DNA of 14,566 nt from Chlamydiia bacterium (GCA_049314435.1 JBMOFD010000048.1:1-14566), one strand, 5' to 3'. Positions 1 to 7,735 are shown, counted from the stretch's first letter. Numbers and translations: made by a program. The notes: generated by a model not told the origin, from the sequence alone.

Positions 1-626
1 GACTCTTCGACGAGCCGTCGGAGATGAGGAACCATCCGCTCTAGCGCTTTGCGTCTATGGCTAATCCGATTCTTAAGTGCCTCATCCATCTCAGCAAAGG
101 TCTTGGCGTATTCATGACGAAGGAAGAGGGCGTCATACCCAAACCCACCCTGGCCTCGGTCGCTGCTAAGGATCTCCCCTTGGCAGGTGCCAGTACCTGT
201 CCTATAGGTGCCATCTGGTAAGGCTAAGCAGAGCGCGCACTCGTAGTATCCGTAGCGCTGCTCACCGTGCAGTCCTGTCATGGTTGCTAAAAGAGCTCGT
301 CGCGATTCACGGTCGGTGGCATCAGGGCCGGCATAGCGAGCTGAATGAACTCCAGGAGCACCGTTGAGAGCGGGGATGCATAGGCCGCTATCGTCTGCCA
401 GAGCTGGCATCTGCGCAGCTTTGGCGGCATTGACTGCCTTAAGGATGGCATTCTCTAGGAAGGTCGCCCCTGTTTCATCAGGAACCACATATCCGGGGAT
501 GTCTTTGGGTGTAAGGAGGTCCAGTTCGACCTCCCCTAAAAGAGCTTTGATCCTCGGCTCTCGCAGCAGAGCACGTAATTCCCGTGCTTTATGAAGGTTG
601 GTCGTAGCCAGCAGAAGTGGGAACAC
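1..626 (-). CDS. rdgB: dITP/XTP pyrophosphatase (RdgB/HAM1 family); 3' end runs off the window
   Basis: Absent from the ORF track because no stop falls in the window. Hand translation from GTG at 626 (in-frame TGA two codons upstream) gives MFPLLLATTNLHKAREL...DETGATFLENAILKA...ALADDSGLCIPALNGAPGVHSARYAG...GGFGYDALF...KTFAEM...KNRISHRRKAL. This includes the Ham1 motifs ATxNxxK, DDSGL, PGxxSAR, FGYD and SHR. Starts 14 bp after the greA stop. Confidence 0.96.
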   Translation of the reverse strand, partial: MFPLLLATTNLHKARELRALLREPRIKALLGEVELDLLTPKDIPGYVVPDETGATFLENAILKAVNAAKAAQMPALADDSGLCIPALNGAPGVHSARYAGPDATDRESRRALLATMTGLHGEQRYGYYECALCLALPDGTYRTGTGTCQGEILSSDRGQGGFGYDALFLRHEYAKTFAEMDEALKNRISHRRKALERMVPHLRRLVEE

Positions 627-640
627 AGCTCATCACCAGG

Positions 641-2791
641 TCAAAGGTCGAGATAAGAGCCTAATCCTACTATCTGCAAGGTATCTGTGCCCAGCTGAAC
701 TCGCTCACCCACCGTCTTCCCTAACATGGCCTGAGCCAACTTCGACTGAAAACTGAGTATACGCCGTTCAGGATCAGCATCCCATGGGCCCAAAAGGGTG
801 TAGGTCAACCGCTGTCCAGTCGGGTCTTCTACCGTAACGACCGACCCAACTCCCACGACATCAGCGTGGATATCTTGCTCGGTCAGAACCCGCGCATGAA
901 CCACTTCATCGCTCAGACGGCGGATTTCCTGCTGTAGACGGCTGCGTCGTTCAAGAGCGTACTTGTACTCGGAGTTCTCCCGAAGATCTCCAAGAGCGCG
1001 AGCTGCTTCGATCTCCTTCGCGTTGTCCACAGTATCCACCGTCGCCAACTGCTCGATCCTCTTCTGCACCTTCTGCAACCCTTCTAGAGTCGTCCACACG
1101 CTGTGGTCGACTTCCTCAGCACCAGATCGTCCGATCAGTTCTGGATGGGCCACCTCAGCAAGGCTCTGGAGGATCTTAATGTTGGTGTCATTCAGGATTG
1201 GGCTCTTCGTCGCGAGCAGCAAAAACTCACGGACTTCAGACAGAGAGGCCTCTTGCATGATCTGTCGCACAATCACGAATCGATCCTGCGCGAGTAGACC
1301 ATGCATCCGCTTGATCAGCTCGCGATCCTTGCCCACCATCTCCAGCTGTCCCAGCAGAACGAAAAAGGCTTCGAAGACACGAATACGGCCCTTTGAATCA
1401 TTGAAGGGAAGATCCCCTCCACTGGTCATCAGACGGGTGAAGTACCAGACAAAGGCATCGGGCGCTCGCATCGGGTCCTGAATCAACGATTCCACGCTCT
1501 TGCGAACGACGTCGATATGCCCACTACGGAGGAGCTCGTCCACGATGTAGTCACGCAGCTGAGCCTGGCCAATGGTCAGGAAAAACTTGGCGAAGAGCTC
1601 GGGCCATTCCAGGACATGCTTCCTCAAGAGAAGAAGATAGCGCTTCTTGTAGGCCAAGACGTCGATCTGCTGGACCAACCCCATGAAGTCTCCCACCTGA
1701 CCGAGCAGTCGGACGAGCTCTTCGGGCTGCCCACACTCCAGATCCTCCATGAGGAAATGCAGCTGGAACCGCTCCGCTTCAGTGGCTTCAGGAGATTGCA
1801 GGAAGGCATCCACCTTAGAGCGAACTAGCTGGCGGAATTCCTCCTGGCGCGTCATCTCAGGAAAGTCGCGGAGGAAGGCGTAGATCAACTGGATAGCAGA
1901 CCCTATCTCCATCTTCGTCTGCAGCGCTTCGAACATACGGCTCTCATGAGAGACTTCCTGATTCCTGAGTCGGAATGGCGTCTTGAGATCGTCGGGGCAT
2001 TCAACGAGCGTGTCTTTTTTCAGCTTGCCTCGCGCTGATTGCCACCAGCGGGTCCAATCCTTAGCGGGAATGACGAGCTCACAGAGCTCCTCTTTGATGT
2101 CGGACGCCGTCTTGGGCCCCAGATCACGAAGGAGCATCTTGATCACACCCACAGGGTCGCTGCGGGCTTCTTTCTCCATTGCATCTGGATCGCCAAAACG
2201 ACGTGCAAGGAAATGAGTCGGTGCCAGAGGCGCGAGATGCCGGAAGGCGCTCTCAAAACTCATCTCCTTACGACCCGACACAAGGTCAAACTCTAGAAGC
2301 ACCTGTTCGCGTACCAGACTGACGTCGCGGATCTCTCCCGTTCCCCATCCGCCTGTATGGAAGACGAAGGCCCCCTTGGCGAGGTGGGTCAGCAGCTCGA
2401 AATTGCGAATGGCTCCTCGGAAGGAGTCCTTTCCCCTCAGACCTACCAGCCGAATCTTGTCCGCAAAGTGGGGCAGCTCCCCATAGCGCTTCTGTAGCCA
2501 GTCAAACCCTAGGGTCGCTAACTGCGAGGATTCATTGCTCTCGAGGTCAAAGATGAGTCGCAGAACAGCATCTGCTTGCGTCTGATCACTGATCTTCTCC
2601 CAAAGAGGCAGTGCTGTCTCAATCTGCTCTCCAAACGAGTCGGCCAAGTCGCTCTGGCGAATCTCCTGGAGGATCTCGATCAGTTCAACCGCATCAACCT
2701 CATCCCCTGCACAGTATTCTTCCCATAGCTGGAGGACTCCAGTCAGGTTCCGACGGTCAAGGTGAAGTTTGAAGTCATTCAGATAGCTCAT
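641..2791 (-). CDS. greA: Transcription elongation factor GreA, long form (~716 aa) with a large N-terminal extension
   Basis: C-terminal GreA domain: TTLEGLQKVQKRIEQL...IEAARALGDLRENSEYKYA...VGVGSVVTV...YTLLGPWDADP...ILSFQSKLAQAMLGKTVGE, with the acidic tip D/E intact. ATG at 2791 (MSYLNDF) is preferred over the track's TTG at 2899, which lies in an AT-rich intergenic stretch. Confidence 0.95.
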   Translation of the reverse strand: MSYLNDFKLHLDRRNLTGVLQLWEEYCAGDEVDAVELIEILQEIRQSDLADSFGEQIETALPLWEKISDQTQADAVLRLIFDLESNESSQLATLGFDWLQKRYGELPHFADKIRLVGLRGKDSFRGAIRNFELLTHLAKGAFVFHTGGWGTGEIRDVSLVREQVLLEFDLVSGRKEMSFESAFRHLAPLAPTHFLARRFGDPDAMEKEARSDPVGVIKMLLRDLGPKTASDIKEELCELVIPAKDWTRWWQSARGKLKKDTLVECPDDLKTPFRLRNQEVSHESRMFEALQTKMEIGSAIQLIYAFLRDFPEMTRQEEFRQLVRSKVDAFLQSPEATEAERFQLHFLMEDLECGQPEELVRLLGQVGDFMGLVQQIDVLAYKKRYLLLLRKHVLEWPELFAKFFLTIGQAQLRDYIVDELLRSGHIDVVRKSVESLIQDPMRAPDAFVWYFTRLMTSGGDLPFNDSKGRIRVFEAFFVLLGQLEMVGKDRELIKRMHGLLAQDRFVIVRQIMQEASLSEVREFLLLATKSPILNDTNIKILQSLAEVAHPELIGRSGAEEVDHSVWTTLEGLQKVQKRIEQLATVDTVDNAKEIEAARALGDLRENSEYKYALERRSRLQQEIRRLSDEVVHARVLTEQDIHADVVGVGSVVTVEDPTGQRLTYTLLGPWDADPERRILSFQSKLAQAMLGKTVGERVQLGTDTLQIVGLGSYLDL

Positions 2792-2844
2792 GCAACGCCC
2801 TTCGAGAGAAATCATCAAGGGGAGTATAGATCTACCATGCTTTC

Positions 2845-2900
2845 CCAGCAATTCCTTTACATCATTTTTGATCGCATAATTTTTATAATTTCTTTTCAAC
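2845..2900. promoter_or_regulatory. AT-rich patch in the divergent greA / yjbH intergenic region; likely promoter region
   Basis: Sharply AT-rich stretch in a GC-rich window with TATAAT at 2884-2889 and CATAAT at 2875-2880. I could not pair these with a well-spaced -35 box. Confidence 0.45.
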
Positions 2901-3009
2901 TCCGATGATCTCCACGGAAAGCATCTCCTGAGCTACGATGCCTCCTTTTCACTCGCCGCATTGAGCTGTCATCATGAGGGAATTGGGCTCATCGCCCCTG
3001 CGGGGAGCG

Positions 3010-5187
3010 ATGATAAAGAGCTTCTCCATGCTCTTTGGACTATTCGCCGGCATGACCTCAGGGCGCGCTGACGAGGCGCCATCCCATCCAGACGTGCTCA
3101 TGGATCTGTCTGGCTGTGGAGTCATGGCCGACTTGGAGGTGGTGGCTCGGATCAACCGCATGTTAGACGACCGACTGCCCATGACCTACAACGCCTTCCT
3201 GCAGGGCGGGGTATTTCAAACGCCATCGGCTCGCGTCGCAGAGGATGGAGAGGTGGCCATTGGGGCCACCTCTCTTCCTCCTTACAGCGTCTATAACCTG
3301 GCCCTCCAGTACTTCTCTCGCCTCGAGCTCACCTTCAACTACCGGGTCTTCCGAGACCTGCCCGATCCAGTGTTTGGCCATTGTGGTTTTGGGGATCTCT
3401 CCGATCGCATCGCGAACATCAAGTTCCAGATCCTCCATGAGGAAGACAGTGATTTCTGGCTCCCTGCGGTGTCGATCGGCGTGAACGATGCCCTGGGAAC
3501 CGATCGTTTCCGCTCCTTCTACATCGTCGCGACCCAGGCCATGCGCCGGCTAGACCTGGAAGCGACTCTGGGTTGGGGAACAGACCGTCTACACGGGTTC
3601 TTTGGTTCCTTTGTCTGGTCACCCTTGCGATCCTGTAGGTGGGGATGGGTGCGCGGGATCAGCCTAGGCGTGGAGTGGGATCCTCAGGACTATAGAAACG
3701 ATCCCCATCCCTGCGGGCGGAGTGTTAGCAGTCGCATCAACTACGGCTTGATCTACCGAGTAGGGGACTTTCTGCAGCTGAGCGTGAATCGCCTACGTGG
3801 AGAGGAGATCTCCGCCTCGCTCGTCCTGCACACCAACCTAGGTCATGCCGACGGGTTGGTTCCTAAATACTTCGACCAACCTGCCTATCAGGGCCCTGTC
3901 AATCTTCATCCGATCGACAACCTACGCACCGCTCATGACCTAAGCGCTGACCTGGCCTTTGCCTTCCGCGAGCAGGGTCTCGTCCTGCAAGGAGCGTGGC
4001 TCACCACCACAGACAATGGCAAGCGCGAGCTACGCATCCGCGTGATCAACCAGGTCTATCGCTGGGAGACCGAAGTCCGCTCACGATTGCAGCAGATTTT
4101 AGGTGCTCTGGTCCCTGACACCATCGATGTCGTGACCGCTGTGGTCACCGCCTATGGCGTGGACAGCCACCAATACCAGTTCCGCGTCTGCGACCTGCGA
4201 CGGTTTGTCATGGGGACTCTCCATCCCTATGAGCTGGGCATCCTCTCCCCCATGAAGGAGGTGACTCCTGTACGGGAACCCGCCACGCAGATCTTCAAGA
4301 AGCCGCTCCATGCGTACATCTGGGACGTCCATCCAGCAATGCAATCGATTGTGGGAAGTACAGATGCCAAGTTCAAGGGCCTTCTCGGTGTGGCCATCGG
4401 ACCTCAGGGGTATCTTTGGAACAACTACTTCTATCGGATCACGTTTCAGGCAACCGCCTGGAACGGCTTTCAAGATTGCGGCGACTATGACGTTCTGAAT
4501 CCTTCCCAGGTTCCCCACGTGCGCACCGATAGCGTGAACTATCAGAAGTGGAGCCGCTTACGTCTCAATCAAGCGTTCTTGCAGCGTACTTGGTCCTTAC
4601 AACAAGGATGGTACCTGCGAGCTTCTGGCGGCTACTTCGAGCCAGCCTATGCTGGGGTGGCGTTGGAGGCTCTCTGGTACCCTGTTGGATCTGATGTTGC
4701 GGTTGGCCTTGAACTAGCCCCTCTTCTCAAGCGCTCTTACAATGGGTTTGGGTTCTCGCAGCAGGTGCGACAGTGGGATGGATGCTGTTTCGAATGGAAG
4801 AAGTTCTACCCCTACCAAGCCTTCCTAGATCTCTACTACCACTGCAAGCCCATTTGCACGATTGGACGCGTGACAGTAGGTCAGTTCCTTGCCCGAGACA
4901 TTGGAGCTCGCTTTGAGCTGAATCGCTACTGGGCCTCTGGATTGCGGGTCTTCCTCTGGTACACCTGGAGCAACAGCGGCGATCACATCAATGGCAAGCC
5001 CTACCACGATCAAGGAGTAGGCCTATCCATTCCGATCGACCTCTTCCTGCCTCGATCCTCCAGGGGTCGCTTCAGCTATGCCGTCGCTGCGTGGAAGCGC
5101 GACTGTGGAGCTCGCTGCGAAACAGGGACACCCTTGTATTGGAATATCCTAGAGGAGAGACTGCAGACACCGGGATATGCGGACTAG
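3010..5187 (+). CDS. yjbH: YjbH-family outer-membrane/envelope protein (exopolysaccharide-associated family)
   Basis: YjbH-like motifs: GGVFQTPSARV, LQYFSRLELTFNY, DRIANIKFQILHE, LPAVSIGVNDALGT, YIVAT, ATLGWG, PHVRTDSVNY, GGYFEPAYAGVALEALWYP, GQFLARDIGARFE, GVGLSIPID. Alternating beta-strand pattern. ATG at 3010 follows GGGGAG and starts a signal-peptide-like segment; the track start is 2974. Confidence 0.85.
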   Translation: MIKSFSMLFGLFAGMTSGRADEAPSHPDVLMDLSGCGVMADLEVVARINRMLDDRLPMTYNAFLQGGVFQTPSARVAEDGEVAIGATSLPPYSVYNLALQYFSRLELTFNYRVFRDLPDPVFGHCGFGDLSDRIANIKFQILHEEDSDFWLPAVSIGVNDALGTDRFRSFYIVATQAMRRLDLEATLGWGTDRLHGFFGSFVWSPLRSCRWGWVRGISLGVEWDPQDYRNDPHPCGRSVSSRINYGLIYRVGDFLQLSVNRLRGEEISASLVLHTNLGHADGLVPKYFDQPAYQGPVNLHPIDNLRTAHDLSADLAFAFREQGLVLQGAWLTTTDNGKRELRIRVINQVYRWETEVRSRLQQILGALVPDTIDVVTAVVTAYGVDSHQYQFRVCDLRRFVMGTLHPYELGILSPMKEVTPVREPATQIFKKPLHAYIWDVHPAMQSIVGSTDAKFKGLLGVAIGPQGYLWNNYFYRITFQATAWNGFQDCGDYDVLNPSQVPHVRTDSVNYQKWSRLRLNQAFLQRTWSLQQGWYLRASGGYFEPAYAGVALEALWYPVGSDVAVGLELAPLLKRSYNGFGFSQQVRQWDGCCFEWKKFYPYQAFLDLYYHCKPICTIGRVTVGQFLARDIGARFELNRYWASGLRVFLWYTWSNSGDHINGKPYHDQGVGLSIPIDLFLPRSSRGRFSYAVAAWKRDCGARCETGTPLYWNILEERLQTPGYAD

Positions 5188-5317
5188 GCGGGTTTTACGA
5201 TCCTTCTACACTCCCTTGATGCTTACCGTTACCTACAAGCGAGATTCCGTGCAAAGTGGCCTCTGGCGGAGGGGATGGAATGGCAGCTTGCTGAAGTCTA
5301 GGTAGAGCGGCCATTGC

Positions 5318-6529
5318 CTACTTTGAAGGCTCTTGGTCAAGGCTCGGGAGTCGCATGGCAGACCAATGACAGATCTCCACTCCCTTGAAAACAGGGCGGC
5401 CCTCTTCGGTCAAGCAAAGGAGCTGTGCCTGAACGGGGCGGTCCAGCTGACCAAATTCAGTCACGAATCTCTGGAGGGAGCCTGCTTCTTTGCGCCCCGC
5501 GGAGGCCGAAAACTTGATCTCATAGGCGTAGAGGCCAGTAGGGGTCTCCAGGATGAGATCGACCTCCTCTCCTTCCTGAGTTCGATAGAATGTCAGCGGT
5601 GGTTGGTAGCAGTCAGCAGAGCAGCGCTTGTAGATCTCTACCACCACCATGTTTTCGAATACATGCCCTGCTACATCGCCAGAACGGATAAGCTCGTCAT
5701 CAGTACGCAATCCCAGGAGGTAGCAGAGCACTCCTGTGTCCATAAAGTACCACTTGGGGGTCTTAACCAGTCTCTTCCCTAGGTTATTGAAATAGGGCTG
5801 CAGGCGGAAGCCGATTCCCACTGTCTCTAACAGACTTAACCAGGAGGTGATGGTCGTTGCTCCCACCCCTACATCCCCAGCCAGGTTGGTCACATTCAAA
5901 AGTTGACCAGCGCGCAGAGCCAACAATCTGAGGAACTTACCGAAAACTCCCAGATCCTCAATCGCCTTGATCTGACGCAAGTCTCGCTCCACCACCGAAA
6001 GCACATAGTTCTCCATCCACCGCCTGGCCTGCGCCCGATCGGCCCCCGTTACGACCTCTGGATAGAAGCCATCCAGCATCCTGCTAATGCACACACTCAG
6101 CTTCCGGGGATCCTCGTAGGGGGCGAGTTCCACCCAGCTAAGAGGCCAAAGATGCAGAAACCCAGCGCGACCTGCAAGGCTCTCCACTGACCCAGCCATC
6201 AGCTCGAAGATCTGAGACCCCGCTAGAAAAAACCGCCCCTTGTGCGTTCGCTCACGGTCGACCGCCACCTTGATCACCCTAAACAGAAGGGGGAGGTATT
6301 GCACCTCATCGATGATCAAGGGTGCAGGATAGAGCGAAATGGCCAAGACGGGATCTGCTTGGACCTCCGCCAAGACCGTGATGTCATCCAGGGAAATAAC
6401 GGAGGCTCCCGGCAGTGCTGAACGGAGAAGCGTACTCTTGCCAGCTTGCCGCGGACCGGTCACCACGATGGCCGGAAAAGTCTCAGCCAATTGAAGAAGA
6501 CGTTTGGTGGCCTGACGCGGAATGTTCAT
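5318..6529 (-). CDS. AAA+ ATPase (AAA_14) with C-terminal DUF4143 / PD-(D/E)xK-like domain
   Basis: Walker A GPRQAGKS, Walker B LIIDEVQ, FFLAGS, KRLVKTPKWYFMDTG, GHVFENMV and FYRTQEGEEVDLILE...YEIK, all typical of this mobile family. Confidence 0.93.
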   Translation of the reverse strand: MNIPRQATKRLLQLAETFPAIVVTGPRQAGKSTLLRSALPGASVISLDDITVLAEVQADPVLAISLYPAPLIIDEVQYLPLLFRVIKVAVDRERTHKGRFFLAGSQIFELMAGSVESLAGRAGFLHLWPLSWVELAPYEDPRKLSVCISRMLDGFYPEVVTGADRAQARRWMENYVLSVVERDLRQIKAIEDLGVFGKFLRLLALRAGQLLNVTNLAGDVGVGATTITSWLSLLETVGIGFRLQPYFNNLGKRLVKTPKWYFMDTGVLCYLLGLRTDDELIRSGDVAGHVFENMVVVEIYKRCSADCYQPPLTFYRTQEGEEVDLILETPTGLYAYEIKFSASAGRKEAGSLQRFVTEFGQLDRPVQAQLLCLTEEGRPVFKGVEICHWSAMRLPSLDQEPSK

Positions 6530-6541
6530 AATCTACCTCGA

Positions 6542-6594
6542 TAAGGTGGATTATCTACAATTTTACGGCAATATCTCCATGAAATTCCACCTTA
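6542..6594. promoter_or_regulatory. 9-bp inverted repeat upstream of the ATPase gene; possible operator
   Basis: TAAGGTGGA (6542-6550) and TCCACCTTA (6586-6594) are perfect reverse complements around a 35-bp AT-rich spacer, 12 bp from the ATG at 6529. Confidence 0.45.
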
Positions 6595-6639
6595 CAGCGG
6601 AGGATATAGAAAAGAACGGCCCCAATCCAACGACACCTT

Positions 6640-6772
6640 CGAGGGGGTCTGGGCAGCGCCACTCATAAACAAAAAGCCCCTGCAACCCTAGTCCGGGTTG
6701 CAGGGGCTTCCGAGTTTCTGGCTACTCTGATGACCTATTCTTCTTGCTGCCAGAAACGAGGTCTTGGCCGAC
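6640..6772 (-). repeat. Direct repeat copy A: duplicated rluB 3' end, stop codon, terminator and downstream GC motif
   Basis: 6705-6772 matches 7668-7735 with 4 mismatches (offset 963 bp). Similarity continues through the terminator and CGAGGGGG(T/C)CTGGG. Encodes RPRPRFWQQEE* versus [11 protein letters not shown] in rluB. Confidence 0.92.
6667..6709 (-). terminator. Rho-independent terminator downstream of the TA operon
   Basis: Perfect 15-bp stem AAGCCCCTGCAACCC (6674-6688) / GGGTTGCAGGGGCTT (6695-6709) with a 6-nt loop, running into a U-rich tract on the minus strand. Confidence 0.9.
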
Positions 6773-6776
6773 TGGA

Positions 6777-7130
6777 TCAGCTTGCAATTCGGGTGGTTGA
6801 AAAAGACTCTCCAATCCAGGTATTACCACGCGCCTCTTCCCCTTTGGCTGGGCTGACCATGATCGTCACGTCCTGTCCAAGTTCATTGAGGAAGCGAATC
6901 AATCGCTCTACCGAAAAACTACGCAACTTACCACAGAACAAAGCAGAAATTTTTGGTTGGTCAACACCCAGAATTTCGGCCGCTTGTTTCTGCGTGATTT
7001 TTCTTTTTTTTATAATTGTTACGATCTGACGAGCAAGCTCCGCCTTTGCCAAGGCCTCTTCCGGGTTTTCAACGCCCAAATCGGCAAAGACATTCCCGGA
7101 GCTCCTTTCAAACTTAATCTCTTTCTTCAC
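6777..7130 (-). CDS. higA: XRE-family HTH antitoxin (HigA / HTH_37-like)
   Basis: SSGNVFADLG...AKAELARQI...ITQKQAAEILGVDQPKISAL...FSVERLIRFLNELGQDVTI. The GTG start overlaps the toxin TGA (GTGA at 7127-7130), with GAGGAGG upstream. Confidence 0.92.
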   Translation of the reverse strand: MKKEIKFERSSGNVFADLGVENPEEALAKAELARQIVTIIKKRKITQKQAAEILGVDQPKISALFCGKLRSFSVERLIRFLNELGQDVTIMVSPAKGEEARGNTWIGESFSTTRIAS

Positions 7131-7489
7131 AACCCACCCTCCTCTTTCAACTTCTTATAAAGGACCTCAGCCTCCTTCAGACGCTGCTTAATCAAGTCGA
7201 TATCCTGCTTCGTCGTAGCAATGCCACTTTTCGATTTCTTCTGGAATGCATGGAGTACAAAAACGACCCCCTCCCACTCGACCATATACACTGCCCGATA
7301 AGTCCCCGACCTATCAGACTCCCTAATCTCAAGAACCTTAGCACTTCCCATCCCGCTAAGCGTCTTTGCATGATGAGGCCTAATCCCCTGCTGAGCGAAA
7401 TACAACGCGTAGCCCATTTCGTCCTCGACTTCCGCCGGGAACAGCTTTAGATCTCGGCGACTGGATCCAATCCAGATGAGTTCTCTCAT
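7127..7489 (-). CDS. higB: RelE/ParE-superfamily toxin (HigB / phage Gp49-like), upstream of its antitoxin
   Basis: WIGSSRRDLKLFP...MGYALYFAQQG...AKTLSGMG...VLEIRE...GTYRAVY...VFVLHAFQKKSKSGIAT...DIDLIKQRLK. The family-typical start is ATG 7489 (MRELIW); alternatives are ATG 7516 and TTG 7573. Confidence 0.92.
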   Translation of the reverse strand: MRELIWIGSSRRDLKLFPAEVEDEMGYALYFAQQGIRPHHAKTLSGMGSAKVLEIRESDRSGTYRAVYMVEWEGVVFVLHAFQKKSKSGIATTKQDIDLIKQRLKEAEVLYKKLKEEGGL

Positions 7490-7581
7490 GCGTACCCGAA
7501 GTGCACAGCTATTCATGATTATGCCTACCTGAGCATATCTTCCGCGAGAAGAGAAAACGCTTCCTCCTAACAATTACACAC

Positions 7582-7735
7582 CGAGGGGGCCTGGGGGGCG
7601 CTAGCCCACCAGAAAAAGCAACGCTCCATAAAACAAAAAGCCCCTGCAACCCATTCTAGGCTGCAGAGGCTTCCGAGTTTCTAGCTACTCTGATGACTTA
7701 TTCTTCTGGCTGCCAGAAACGAGGTCTTGGCTGAC
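7582..7735 (-). repeat. Direct repeat copy B: functional rluB 3' end, terminator and REP-like hairpin
   Basis: Counterpart of 6640-6772. It keeps an extra ~22 bp completing the hairpin CTGGGGGGC-GCTA-GCCCACCAG (7591-7612), which is truncated in copy A. Confidence 0.92.
7630..7672 (-). terminator. Rho-independent terminator of rluB
   Basis: Minus-strand RNA reads AAGCCUCUGCAGCC-loop-GGUUGCAGGGGCUU followed by a U tract. Both non-Watson-Crick positions are G-U wobbles on the minus strand only. Confidence 0.88.

Larger units (their letters stand above)
6705..7735 (-). mobile_element. Putative minimal islet: TA cassette bounded by direct repeats of the rluB 3' end
   Basis: Direct repeats 963 bp apart enclose only the toxin and antitoxin. 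Parts of the cassette are lower in GC (35-40% over 6901-7020 versus about 57-62% in sampled flanking genes). No integrase or transposase in the window. Confidence 0.6.

Noticed and set aside
2792..2899. N-terminal extension of GreA from TTG 2899
   Set aside because: Runs through the AT-rich promoter-like region. ATG 2791 gives the expected ~716-aa length.
5188..5301. In-frame 37-codon stretch after the yjbH TAG (AGFTILLHSLDAYRYLQARF...LAEV*), possible read-through or gene remnant
   Set aside because: Short open stretches are expected at this GC content; no recoding signal or recognisable homology.
5188..5317. Third copy of the rluB-end repeat or a terminator after the ATPase
   Set aside because: No similarity to the repeat and no convincing hairpin plus U tract on either strand.
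7490..7573. N-terminal extension of the toxin from TTG 7573
   Set aside because: Family similarity begins at MRELIWIGSS, and this region must hold the TA promoter downstream of the rluB terminator.
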